The notes under the pieces were generated by a model. That model searched no databases and was not told the origin of the DNA. It was given only the letters and a program-made list of their open reading frames with translations. From a bacterium (GTDB lineage: Bacteria; Patescibacteriota; Minisyncoccia; Phycocordibacterales; CAIZLB01): DNA of 34,236 bases. Below are positions 1 to 9,507 of the stretch, piece after piece (position 1 is the stretch's first letter; each line of letters opens with the position of its first letter). Made by a program: the position numbers and the translations under genes. The stretch covers positions 1 to 34,236 of the forward strand of contig JAYSWB010000054.1 in NCBI GenBank assembly GCA_043718245.1, given 5' to 3'.

Positions 1-93
1 CTCGAATACTACAACAGCAAACGACTACATCTCGGCATCAAACTGAAAACCCCAATGCAATTACTAGCAAAGTGCGTCCAAGGTGTTGACTAG
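1..93 (+). mobile_element. C-terminal fragment of an IS481/IS3-like (rve integrase core) transposase, truncated by the window edge
   Basis: Frame 1 reads LEYYNSKRLHLGIKLKTPMQLLAKCVQGVD*, matching the YN-x2-R-x-H-x5-TP motif at the end of DDE integrase-core transposases; not in the ORF track. Confidence 0.6.
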
Positions 94-102
94 ATTACGG
101 GG

Positions 103-3100
103 TTAGTTTAGCCTCTTCACACTATCCGCAATTAAACTCGGACTTCCATTCCTTTTTGAAAACTTTCCCTTAATCACCACACACGATTCCGCAATCAAAA
201 CCGATTTCAATTGTTCATAAGTTTTTGGAAACACAACCACTTCAAGCGATCCTGTTAGATCCGCCACTTTCAAAAACATCATTTTTATCGCCTTATCTTT
301 TTTCGTAGCAATTTCCTTTGCCTCTTCAATAATTCCTGCAATCACATAAGCCGATTCTTCAATGCCGGTTTCTTTTAACTTTTCAATATTTAGTTCTCTT
401 TTAAGTAGAATTTCTCTGTATTTGTCCAGTGGGTGCCCCGAGATATATAGCCCCAAAAGTTCTTTTTCCCACAGCAGGCAGTCGGAGGGTTTTGCAGCTT
501 CAGCAGGTCTTAACTTTAAATGACTTTCTGAACTTCCCATCAGGTCAAAAAATGATCCTTGTTCTTTGTGATGGTTGTCTTGTGACTTATTAAAATCCAA
601 AAGATCAGGAATATTTTCAAGCATCATTCCGCGTTCACCAAAGGCATCCATGGCTCCACACTTTACCAATGACTCTAATGATTTTTTATTTAAATTTCTA
701 TCTCTGACACGATTTAAAAAATCCTCAAGTGATTTAAACTTTCCATTTTTTTCTCTTTCGACAATAATAATATCCGCAATTCCTTCTCCAAAGTTTTTTA
801 TACTGTAAAGTCCGAAACGAATCTTGTCTCCAATAAGTTTATCTTTGTCTGTTTCCATAATTTCTGAAGATGGTGTTCCTTTCACCACCGTAAAGTTTCC
901 AAATGATTCATTGATGTCAGGTGCGAGGACTGGAATTCCCATACGCTTACATTCAGCCACATAAATTGCAATTTCCTCTACATCCCCATGCGTTCCTGTT
1001 AAAATCGCAGCCATGTAAATAGCAGGGAAGTTCGCCTTCATATAAGCGGTTTGATACGCCACGCGTCCGTAACTTGCTGCGTGAGCTTTGTTGAATCCAT
1101 ATGCCTGGAAGGGAACGAAAAGCTCCCACAAGTGATCAGCGAATTTCTTAGTCTGACCATTTTTAATTATCCCCTCGATAAATTTTTCTTTCAAGGCGGC
1201 CATTTCAGCAGGAATCTTTTTACCTACGGCTTTACGGAATTTATCGGCCTCGAGCCAGGTGTATCCGGCTAAGTAGATCGTACAGAACAAGAGGTCATCC
1301 TGGTACACAATCAACCCGTAAGACTGATCAAGGAAAGATTTCATGCGAGGGTCTTCAAACTTTACAAGTGCAGGATTATTTTTTCTTGCGATATAGTCTG
1401 GAATCACTTCCATCGGTCCTGGGCGATAGAGGGCCACCATGGCGTTTATGTCGTGAATAGTGGTTGGCTTCAATTCCTTCAAAAATCGTGTCATGCCAGA
1501 ACCGTTCAACTGGAAAAGCCCTTCGGTTTCTCCCCGAGCGAGCATTTCAAAAGTTTTTTTGTCGTCATACGGAATAGTTTCAAGGTCGACGTATACTCCT
1601 TCAATTTTTTCCACAAGATCAATTGCAAATTTTAATTGCGATAAGTTTTTAAGTCCCAAAAAGTCGAACTTCATAAGTCCTGCATTGTTCTCGTCAATCG
1701 AGTACATATCGTACTGGGTAATAATTCGCCCTTCGCCTTTAGGGTCAAGTTGAAGGGGAGTCACGTCGGTCAGTGGCAGTGGCGAAATCACCACTCCGGC
1801 TGCGTGCACCGAAATGTGTCGTGCGTTTCCTTCAATTTTTTGTGCCATATCCAAAATACTTTTTACGTCTGGATCAGTTTCGTATAACTTTTTAAGTTCG
1901 GGCGTTTGCTTTAGTGCAATTTCAATTGTCATTGGAAAACCTTGTGATCCCATTGGAATCATTTTTGCAATCTGATCTCCCAAAGAATGCGGATGTCTCA
2001 TCGCGCGTGCCACGTCTCTAACCGCACCTCTTGCCATCATGGTTCCGAAAGTTCCAATCTGCGCTACTTTGTCAGACCCATATTTTTTTCGAGAGTATTC
2101 AATCATTTCATCCCGTCGGTTATCGGCAAAGTCCATATCAATATCAGGCGCAGAAGGTCTTTCAGGGTTCAAGAATCGCTCGAAGGGTAGTTTGAATTCA
2201 ATCGGATTCACATTTGTAATTCCAGTTAAATATGTCGTCATCGAACCTGCAACTGATCCTCTAATGTTCGTGAGAATTCCATGATCATGGGCGTACCGAA
2301 GGAGGTCTGCCACGGTTAGAAAGTATGCGGCATAACCTTTGTTTTTAATCACAGTAAGTTCAAACTCAATTCTTTCTTTGACAATATCGGTTAACTCTAC
2401 TTTTCGGGTTTCAAGTCCTGCATAAGTCAAAAACCGTAATTCCTCATCTGGTGTGCGCCCGCTCTCCACGGTGAATTCAGGAAAGAGCCACTTACCTAAA
2501 GTGATTTCTAAATTACATTCATCTGCAATTTTTTTACAATTGTCTAATGCTTCTGGAATATCCTTAAAAAATTCTTCTGCAGTTTTTGGTGAGATAAGAG
2601 AGAAGTCAGCATCATCATCAAAACTTTTTTCACTAAATTCATTTTGAATTGCAACTACAGTGTTTCGAGCCAGCTTGTCTTCTTTTTCCAAGTAATAAAC
2701 ATCATGGGCCGCAACCAGTGGAATATTATTTTCTCTGGCATATGTCACAATTTTCCTCATGTTTTCCTCATGTCCTTGAACTTCTGGGTGGTGGGTGAGT
2801 TCTAGGTAAAAATCAGCTCCATATATCTTCTTATAAAAATCAGCCAACTCCAAAGCTCGCTCCTTATTATCTCCCTTAATTGCAATTGCCAAATCACCGC
2901 TAAAAGATGGCACGATACAAATTAAACCCTCGTGATATTTTTCAATTAATTCCTTATCAATTCTTGGCTTGTAATAAAAACCGTCCAAATTGGATTCGGT
3001 CACAAGCTTTAATAAATTTTTATATCCAACTAAATCTTTCGCAAGTAAAACCAGTCTTGTACGTTTGTTATCAATCCTCGATTCTTTATCGTGCCGAGTT

Positions 3101-3321
3101 CGAATTGCAACATAAAAATCCACTCCAACAATCGGCTTGATTTCTTTCTTCTTACATTCTTTATAAAAATCAATAACACCGTACATGTTTCCAGCATCGG
3201 TCAATGCAATTGAGGTGAAGCCTTTTTTAACAGCGGCACCTACAAGATCCTCAATTTTAGGCAAAGCCTGAAGCAGGCTGTAATGACTATGGGTGTGTAG
3301 GTGCGTAAAGCGAGATTTCAT
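103..3321 (-). CDS. dnaE: DNA polymerase III subunit alpha
   Basis: PHP domain HLHTHSHYS, RGSVAGS, FERFLNPER, catalytic PDIDMDF, YGFNKAHA, C-terminal OB fold; 1072 aa. Confidence 0.98.
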   Translation of the reverse strand: MKSRFTHLHTHSHYSLLQALPKIEDLVGAAVKKGFTSIALTDAGNMYGVIDFYKECKKKEIKPIVGVDFYVAIRTRHDKESRIDNKRTRLVLLAKDLVGYKNLLKLVTESNLDGFYYKPRIDKELIEKYHEGLICIVPSFSGDLAIAIKGDNKERALELADFYKKIYGADFYLELTHHPEVQGHEENMRKIVTYARENNIPLVAAHDVYYLEKEDKLARNTVVAIQNEFSEKSFDDDADFSLISPKTAEEFFKDIPEALDNCKKIADECNLEITLGKWLFPEFTVESGRTPDEELRFLTYAGLETRKVELTDIVKERIEFELTVIKNKGYAAYFLTVADLLRYAHDHGILTNIRGSVAGSMTTYLTGITNVNPIEFKLPFERFLNPERPSAPDIDMDFADNRRDEMIEYSRKKYGSDKVAQIGTFGTMMARGAVRDVARAMRHPHSLGDQIAKMIPMGSQGFPMTIEIALKQTPELKKLYETDPDVKSILDMAQKIEGNARHISVHAAGVVISPLPLTDVTPLQLDPKGEGRIITQYDMYSIDENNAGLMKFDFLGLKNLSQLKFAIDLVEKIEGVYVDLETIPYDDKKTFEMLARGETEGLFQLNGSGMTRFLKELKPTTIHDINAMVALYRPGPMEVIPDYIARKNNPALVKFEDPRMKSFLDQSYGLIVYQDDLLFCTIYLAGYTWLEADKFRKAVGKKIPAEMAALKEKFIEGIIKNGQTKKFADHLWELFVPFQAYGFNKAHAASYGRVAYQTAYMKANFPAIYMAAILTGTHGDVEEIAIYVAECKRMGIPVLAPDINESFGNFTVVKGTPSSEIMETDKDKLIGDKIRFGLYSIKNFGEGIADIIIVEREKNGKFKSLEDFLNRVRDRNLNKKSLESLVKCGAMDAFGERGMMLENIPDLLDFNKSQDNHHKEQGSFFDLMGSSESHLKLRPAEAAKPSDCLLWEKELLGLYISGHPLDKYREILLKRELNIEKLKETGIEESAYVIAGIIEEAKEIATKKDKAIKMMFLKVADLTGSLEVVVFPKTYEQLKSVLIAESCVVIKGKFSKRNGSPSLIADSVKRLN

Positions 3322-3410
3322 ATTATTTGGAGAGTTTTTTGTGCTCTCATGCGGTAGTTGTTTTGATAAACAAGCACCATTAAACCTGATAGAATCATTA
3401 TATACATTTT

Positions 3411-3986
3411 ATGAGAATCTTCAAATGGCAGATTGGAATAGATGAGGCTGGAAGGGGGCCACTTGCGGGGCCTGTTTCAGTCGGGGCGGTTACGGTTCCT
3501 TCTAACTTCGACTTTTCTATTTTCAAGAATTTAAAGGACAGTAAGAAGTTGTCCGAAGCTAAAAGAGAAGAATTTTTTGAAGTTATAAAAGAGAAAATAA
3601 AGTATGAAGTTGTTATGGTTTCAAATAAAATTATCGATAAAAAAGGGATTTCGTACGCGATTAAGTTTTCTATTAAAACTCTTCTTGAAAAATTAAATCC
3701 AAATATTAAAAACACTAAAGTTTTCTTAGACGGATCCCTTAAAGCACCTGAAGAATTCACCCAAGAGACTATTGTAAAAGGGGACGAGAAAATCCCAGCA
3801 ATTTCTCTCGCTTCTATAATGGCCAAAGTTACGAGAGACAGATACATGAAGAAAATCTCAAAAAAGTATTCACTTTTTGATTTTCATGTGCATAAGGGGT
3901 ACGGTACGAAAAAACATATTCAGGCGATTAAAACCTACGGTCCATGCGACTTGCATCGTAAAACCTTCATCTCAAGGATAATTTAA
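3411..3986 (+). CDS. rnhB: ribonuclease HII
   Basis: GIDEAGRGPLAGPV, DSKKL, VKGD, ASIMAKVTRD, HKGYGT motifs. Confidence 0.97.
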   Translation: MRIFKWQIGIDEAGRGPLAGPVSVGAVTVPSNFDFSIFKNLKDSKKLSEAKREEFFEVIKEKIKYEVVMVSNKIIDKKGISYAIKFSIKTLLEKLNPNIKNTKVFLDGSLKAPEEFTQETIVKGDEKIPAISLASIMAKVTRDRYMKKISKKYSLFDFHVHKGYGTKKHIQAIKTYGPCDLHRKTFISRII

Positions 3987-4074
3987 CTTTTCTTAATGAA
4001 TATTAGCCTTTGATTTTATACACTAGAATTAGGTCGAAAATTTATTTGCAATTTCTAATATTATCTCTACAATT

Positions 4075-4347
4075 ATGTTAATGGCAATCAAACCAAAAAT
4101 AAGAATAAGTCTGTCGGTAGACAAGGATACTAGCGACATACTCACTGTGTTAGCAAAAAAGGCCGGCAAGCCAGTCGCTAGCAAGGTTTTAGACATGGTT
4201 GAATTTGCTCTCGAATGCGAGGAAGACAGAATCCTTGGCTTGCTTGCGGATAAAATAGTTAAAGAGAATAAAAAACCCCATCTTTCACATGAGGAATTCT
4301 GGAAACAAGTCGAAAAGCAGCAAAAACGAAGAAAAAAGCGAAAATAA
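4075..4347 (+). CDS. type II TA antitoxin, ribbon-helix-helix-like (start may be ATG 4081)
   Basis: 90 aa, N-terminal RISLSV strand, C-terminal LSHEEFW, directly upstream of a RelE-like toxin; TTGCAA-16-TACAAT promoter upstream. Confidence 0.75.
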   Translation: MLMAIKPKIRISLSVDKDTSDILTVLAKKAGKPVASKVLDMVEFALECEEDRILGLLADKIVKENKKPHLSHEEFWKQVEKQQKRRKKRK

Positions 4348-4621
4348 TTTTTGGAAAATAGAATATGAAGAAAGGGTTGTAAAATTTCTCGAAGTTGTAA
4401 GCCCAGATATAACTGCTCGCTTGAAGAATTCTATAGAGTTCAAACTTGCTCGAAATCCTGAAATTTATGGCATACCTCTCCGAGGCCCGTTTAAAGGTTA
4501 CTATAAATTCAGAATTGGAGATTATCGGTCAATTTTTTCAATAAATGGCAACATTATATTGCTGGTGGTTCTAATCGCTCACCGTAAAAATGTATATGGC
4601 AAGTTTAAGTCCCTACTATAA
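4289..4621 (+). CDS. relE: RelE/ParE family toxin
   Basis: PLRGPFKGYYKFRIGDYRSIF...IAHRKNVY is the RelE/StbE signature. Confidence 0.88.
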   Translation: MRNSGNKSKSSKNEEKSENNFWKIEYEERVVKFLEVVSPDITARLKNSIEFKLARNPEIYGIPLRGPFKGYYKFRIGDYRSIFSINGNIILLVVLIAHRKNVYGKFKSLL

Positions 4622-4662
4622 CCCATTGCCATCCTCCTTAAAATCTGTATAATATCCCCACT

Positions 4663-4902
4663 ATGGTAAACCACATGCGACACACCCGGGGCCACACCGG
4701 AAACCGACGAAGTCACCACGCTCTCACAACAACGAGCGCAGTTCTCTGCGGTACTTGCGGCGCTCCCAACCGAAAGCACGTTATTTGTGCTAACTGCGGG
4801 TTTTATAAAGGCAGAGATGTATTAGGCAAGACAAAGAAGACAGATAAAAAGGAGGCAAAATCAGCAGGGAAGGCCCCTCGATCTAAAAAGGCTAAGAAAT
4901 AA
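4663..4902 (+). CDS. rpmF: 50S ribosomal protein L32
   Basis: RRSHHAL, CxxC...HxxCxxCGFYKGR zinc ribbon, basic tail. Confidence 0.96.
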   Translation: MVNHMRHTRGHTGNRRSHHALTTTSAVLCGTCGAPNRKHVICANCGFYKGRDVLGKTKKTDKKEAKSAGKAPRSKKAKK

Positions 4903-4905
4903 TTT

Positions 4906-4940
4906 AACAAAACAGCACCCCAACAAGGGTGTTTTTGTTT
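4906..4940 (+). terminator. intrinsic terminator after rpmF
   Basis: GCACCC-caacaa-GGGTGT stem followed by TTTTGTTT. Confidence 0.7.
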
Positions 4941-4987
4941 GCAAACTTTTAAAAAGACGTATAGAATACTCCTTGTAAGAACCTTAT

Positions 4988-5896
4988 ATGGCAAACCGGC
5001 ATTTATCACGTTCAATAGCAATGCAGTCACTCTTCGAATGGGATTTCCGTTCGATGCCGGACTTGTCCATGGATGAGGTTATTTCTCGAAACACCGAAGA
5101 GTTCGCACCAGGCGTCAGCGACACTAGTTTTACTAAAAAAATTGTTGATGGGGTTCTCACTAAAAAAACCGACATAGATTCTATAATTGAAAAAGCAGCA
5201 CCAGAATGGCCAGTGGCCAAAATTGCAATTGTAGACAGAAATGTTCTACGTGTTGGTCTATACGAATTACTTTTCGCAGACAAAAAAGAAGTTCCGGCCA
5301 AAGTCGCCATCAACGAAGCGATTGAACTTGCAAAAACTTTTGGGGGAGAAACCTCAGGAAAATTTGTAAACGGAGTTTTGGGTGCAGTCTACAAAGAAAT
5401 GGGCGAGCCAGGAAAGGACGAAGTTTCTCCACGAAAGATCCGCGAAGCAAAAATGAATATTCCGTTTGAACAGATGCCGATTAAGGTTTTGGGCGGTGCA
5501 GTAGTTTACGCGAAACATGAAGGTGAAGTTTATTTGGCACTTGTGCACGATGTTTTCGGGCATTGGACTTTGTCTAAAGGAAAGCTGGAACCAGGAGAAG
5601 ATGTGCAGGCTGGTACGATTCGTGAAATAAAAGAAGAGATGAATGTTGACATTACTATCGAAGAAGAGCTCGCAAAAAACGAATATGTCGCATCGCACCC
5701 AGAAGAAGGCAAGATCAGAAAACAAGTAACCTATTTCTTGGCCTCTGGACCTTATCAGGATTTGAAACTCGGCGACAGTGGAGGGCTCGACGATGCCAAA
5801 TGGTTCAAACTGCAGGAAATTTTGACCCTAAATTTTTATAGTGATATTCTTCCGATCGTGACAAAGGCCATTCAAATTCTCTTGAAAAAAGGCTAA
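4988..5896 (+). CDS. nusB: transcription antitermination factor NusB fused to a C-terminal NUDIX hydrolase domain
   Basis: N-half has DRNVLR, VAINEAIELAKTFG, FVNGVLG; C-half has Nudix box KGKLEPGE...REIKEEMNV. Confidence 0.93.
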   Translation: MANRHLSRSIAMQSLFEWDFRSMPDLSMDEVISRNTEEFAPGVSDTSFTKKIVDGVLTKKTDIDSIIEKAAPEWPVAKIAIVDRNVLRVGLYELLFADKKEVPAKVAINEAIELAKTFGGETSGKFVNGVLGAVYKEMGEPGKDEVSPRKIREAKMNIPFEQMPIKVLGGAVVYAKHEGEVYLALVHDVFGHWTLSKGKLEPGEDVQAGTIREIKEEMNVDITIEEELAKNEYVASHPEEGKIRKQVTYFLASGPYQDLKLGDSGGLDDAKWFKLQEILTLNFYSDILPIVTKAIQILLKKG

Positions 5897-5920
5897 TTTT
5901 ATTGTACTATACGGCTACTT

Positions 5921-6607
5921 ATGGATTTTTCAGTTTTCGAAAAAAGCATCAATATTAAGTTCAAAGACCCCGAGCTTTTAAAGCAGGCGTTTACTCACCG
6001 CTCATATTTGAATGAGCACAAGGGTTCCAAAATGGAACATAACGAACGTCTCGAATTTTTAGGAGATGCGGTTTTAGAATTAGCTGTAACAGATTTCCTT
6101 TATAAAAAATTTCCTAAAAAAAGCGAAGGGGAATTGACCGCGTACAGATCGGCGCTTGTGAATTCTACAACTCTTGCGACAGCTTCAGAAAAACTTAATA
6201 TGAATTCTTTTCTCCTCCTTTCAAAAGGGGAATCAAAAGACACTGGGCGTGCCCGCCAATTTATTTTAGCAAATACTTTTGAATCGGTTCTCGGGTCAAT
6301 TTACCTCGATCAGGGATATGATGTATCAGAAAAGTTTGTTTCAGAAAATCTTTTCCCAATGCTTGATGAAATCCTTCACACAAAATCTTTTATAGATGCC
6401 AAGAGTCAATTTCAGGAACGTTCTCAGGAAAAAGTAGGTATTACACCTGTTTACAAATTGGTAAAAGAAGCCGGACCCGATCACGGCAAGGTATTTACTG
6501 TCGGTGTCTACATTGATGGAGAAATGATTGCTACAGGTGATGGAAAATCTAAACAAGATGCGGAACAGGAGGCGGCGAAGAAGGCGCTGTCTATTAAAGG
6601 ATGGTAG
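5921..6607 (+). CDS. rnc: ribonuclease III
   Basis: AFTHRS, NERLEFLGDAVL signature, C-terminal dsRBD. Confidence 0.98.
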   Translation: MDFSVFEKSINIKFKDPELLKQAFTHRSYLNEHKGSKMEHNERLEFLGDAVLELAVTDFLYKKFPKKSEGELTAYRSALVNSTTLATASEKLNMNSFLLLSKGESKDTGRARQFILANTFESVLGSIYLDQGYDVSEKFVSENLFPMLDEILHTKSFIDAKSQFQERSQEKVGITPVYKLVKEAGPDHGKVFTVGVYIDGEMIATGDGKSKQDAEQEAAKKALSIKGW

Positions 6608-6647
6608 GATTTTTTTGATTTTTTCTGTTAGAATAAAAGCATATTTT

Positions 6648-8909
6648 ATGCAACTAAAAAGCCTCGAAATTAATGGTTTTAAGTCCTTCGCCAAGAAAGG
6701 ACATTTGGTCTTTAATTCACCGATTACGTCGATTGTAGGGCCTAATGGTTCGGGTAAATCAAATGTCGCAGAGTCTTTTAGATTTGTTTTAGGAGAGCAA
6801 TCTATCAAGTCCATGCGAGGCAAGAAGGGAGAAGATTTAATTTTTAATGGTGGTAAGGATACACCACGCGCAAACCGCGCCAGCGTTAAATTGGTGTTTG
6901 ATAATAAAACCAAACTTTTCAAAATGGACTTTGATGAAATTAGTTTAGAACGTGTGGTTCATCGAGACGGAGTAAACGAGTATTTTATAAATGGATCCCA
7001 AGTTAGACTAAAAGACGTGGCAGAAATGCTTGCGCATGCAAATATTGGCTCATCAGGTCACCACATAATTTCGCAAGGTGAGGCTGACAGGCTATTGTCA
7101 TCAAACCCAGAAGAGAGACGTGAAATGATCGAGGATGCCCTTGGTTTGAAAGTTTTTCAATACAAAAAAGAAGAGAGCGAAAAGAAGTTGGAGAAGACTG
7201 CACAGCATATAAAAGAAGTTGAATCTTTACGTCGTGAAATTGCACCGCATATTCGCTTTTTGAAAAAGCAGGTTGAAAAAATCGAGAAAGCCGCGGCACT
7301 TAGGAGTGAACTTTCAGTGCAGTATCGAGAATATTTTGCACGAGAGGAGGCTTATTTGAAAAAAGAAAAAAAGCGACTATCTGATGCAGTTGTTGAACCT
7401 CGACATGAACTTGAAAAAATTGAAAAGGAATTAACACACCATAAAAAAGTTCTCGATGAAATGTCTAAGGGTGATAATAATCACACACATTTGTTGGATT
7501 TGGAAAAATTAATTGGTACCACAAGACACAAAAAAGATGTATTAATGCGAGATTTTGGACGCCTCGAAGGAGAGATGTCTTACATTAAAAAGACAATAGA
7601 ACAAAAAATAAAAGAGGCAGAGAAATCGAATTCAAACACGAAAATGATTTCGCTTCTCCATATCGAATCTTTGGCCAAGGACGTCAACGAGCATCTCCAG
7701 ACTGTTTTAAATTCTGATAATTTAGAAAACATCAAAACTTCAGCAACAGAAATTAAACGCCTAGTGGCAGACTTTATTCATCATCATAAAAGCGAAGGGG
7801 AAGCGCCTATAATATCTGTAAGATCTGAAGAAGAAGAGTTGCTTAAAGTCACTTCAAAAATCTCTGAAATTGAGATTGAATTGAAAAATATAGGAACAGA
7901 AGAACAGGGACATCAGGCAAAATATCAGGAATTAAAGTCCAAAATCGATAAGGATAAAGAGAACAATGTGGAGTCCGAAAAGGCCATTTTACGCATTATG
8001 TCTCGCCAGAGCGAGCTTCACGGTCTATTGCACTCTATAAAGGCAGAAAACGACCGTTTAGGCCTAGAACAGGTCGATTATGACCGAGAACTGGCTGAGG
8101 CAGGAATGCTCATAGGACGCGAAGCTATAGCCTTTTACGAGGAGGATATTGCTGTACATATAAGCAGTGAGGAAGCTCGTTCTCTACAAGTTGAAAGGAG
8201 GCGTGCTATTGAAAAGTCCAAAATTCGCCTTGAAGAAATGGGCGGAGCCGGTGGTCAAGAAGTCATGAAGGAATATAAAGATGCGGAGGAACGCGATCAA
8301 TTTTTAATGAAAGAATTGGGGGATTTAACACAGTCATCTGAAACTTTGAATATATTGATTGCAGACTTAACTGAAAAATTAAATGAAATGTTTAAGGATG
8401 GAATTAAAAAAATAAATGCCGAATTTGATAGATTTTTTAAGTTGATGTTTGGTGGAGGAGAGGCAAGACTTGAAATTATTAAAGAAGTAAAGAAAAAGCG
8501 AAAGAGATCAGAAGATGAAATGGAGATTGAAATGGCAGAGGAGGAAGAAGTTTCAGAGGGAATTGATATTCACGTGGCGCTTCCACACAAAAAAACAAAA
8601 GGGTTAATGATGCTTTCAGGTGGAGAAAGGGCACTGACATCTATTGCGCTTCTTTTTGCAATGTCTCAAGTTAACCCACCTCCATTTATTATTCTCGATG
8701 AAACAGATGCAGCGCTTGATGAAGCTAATTCACGAAAATATGGAGATATGATTGAGGCACTTTCGAAGCATTCTCAATTAATTTTGATTACACACAACAG
8801 AGAGACAATGTCGCGAGCGGGTGTGATTTACGGAGTGACTATGGCAGGGGAAGGGCACTCGAAATTGTTATCGATTGCGTTTGATGAGGCGGTGGTTGTG
8901 GCGAAGTAG
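6648..8909 (+). CDS. smc: SMC-family chromosome segregation ATPase, short (~753 aa)
   Basis: MQLKSLEINGFKSF start at 6648 (the 6528 start overlaps rnc), Walker A GPNGSGKSN, Q-loop IISQG, LSGGE signature, Walker B ILDETDAALD. Confidence 0.92.
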   Translation: MQLKSLEINGFKSFAKKGHLVFNSPITSIVGPNGSGKSNVAESFRFVLGEQSIKSMRGKKGEDLIFNGGKDTPRANRASVKLVFDNKTKLFKMDFDEISLERVVHRDGVNEYFINGSQVRLKDVAEMLAHANIGSSGHHIISQGEADRLLSSNPEERREMIEDALGLKVFQYKKEESEKKLEKTAQHIKEVESLRREIAPHIRFLKKQVEKIEKAAALRSELSVQYREYFAREEAYLKKEKKRLSDAVVEPRHELEKIEKELTHHKKVLDEMSKGDNNHTHLLDLEKLIGTTRHKKDVLMRDFGRLEGEMSYIKKTIEQKIKEAEKSNSNTKMISLLHIESLAKDVNEHLQTVLNSDNLENIKTSATEIKRLVADFIHHHKSEGEAPIISVRSEEEELLKVTSKISEIEIELKNIGTEEQGHQAKYQELKSKIDKDKENNVESEKAILRIMSRQSELHGLLHSIKAENDRLGLEQVDYDRELAEAGMLIGREAIAFYEEDIAVHISSEEARSLQVERRRAIEKSKIRLEEMGGAGGQEVMKEYKDAEERDQFLMKELGDLTQSSETLNILIADLTEKLNEMFKDGIKKINAEFDRFFKLMFGGGEARLEIIKEVKKKRKRSEDEMEIEMAEEEEVSEGIDIHVALPHKKTKGLMMLSGGERALTSIALLFAMSQVNPPPFIILDETDAALDEANSRKYGDMIEALSKHSQLILITHNRETMSRAGVIYGVTMAGEGHSKLLSIAFDEAVVVAK

Positions 8910-8914
8910 GTTAC

Positions 8915-9202
8915 TCACCCAAACAAATACGAATGACTGCCTATATCCGCCAATATTAAAATTAACATCTCTTCCTCTATTTTATAGACTAAAAGCAAGT
9001 CGCCCTGTATATGACACTCCCTATGTCCTGCATATTCTCCCCACAATGCGTGGTCTCTGAATCCTGTATCTAATTTCTGTCCCAAAGTGAGTCTCAAAAT
9101 TGTATCTTCTACTTCCTGAAAAACTTCAGGTTTAACTTTCCCTGCACGTTGCAATCGTCTAAATGATCTATCATATTTTTTTGTTCTTTTTACTTGATAC
9201 AT
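8915..9202 (-). CDS. yafQ: YafQ-family mRNA interferase toxin
   Basis: RDHALxGxYxGxRECHI, DLLLVY and GSHSYLF motifs. Confidence 0.92.
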   Translation of the reverse strand: MYQVKRTKKYDRSFRRLQRAGKVKPEVFQEVEDTILRLTLGQKLDTGFRDHALWGEYAGHRECHIQGDLLLVYKIEEEMLILILADIGSHSYLFG

Positions 9203-9464
9203 TAGGTAAAGTTAAGAAATCTGCCATTGCCTCTTTTGCTGTGTTGTATGTCTTCCCATACTTCAGCGCCCATGCCACCTCCTTGTCCCATTCTGCCCTG
9301 ATTTGCTTCGGATTTCTCTTCGGTGTGAAGGGAAGTCCATTCTCTACAATAACCTGAGAAAGAAAAGTTTTAATTGCAGAAGTCATATCTAAACCAAGCT
9401 TGGATAATATTTTTGCTGAGCTGTTTTTAATTTTTGGATCTATACGTATGTTTAGTGTAGTCAT
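9171..9464 (-). CDS. dinJ: RelB/DinJ family antitoxin
   Basis: LNIRID...LGLDMTSAIKTFL...GLPF, upstream of yafQ. Confidence 0.9.
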   Translation of the reverse strand: MTTLNIRIDPKIKNSSAKILSKLGLDMTSAIKTFLSQVIVENGLPFTPKRNPKQIRAEWDKEVAWALKYGKTYNTAKEAMADFLTLPNVSSKKNKKI

Positions 9465-9507
9465 GTAACAAGTATAGACGTTGTACTTACATTGTCAATA
9501 CAGACGT
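9465..9507 (-). promoter_or_regulatory. sigma70 promoter of dinJ-yafQ with probable operator repeats
   Basis: Minus strand TTGACA-16-TATACT ending 6 nt before the ATG; AGACGTT direct repeat and TGTA-ct-TACA palindrome overlap it. Confidence 0.7.

Noticed and set aside
6528-6647. Arg-rich N-terminal extension of SMC
   Set aside because: Overlaps rnc; the conserved SMC N-terminus begins at ATG 6648
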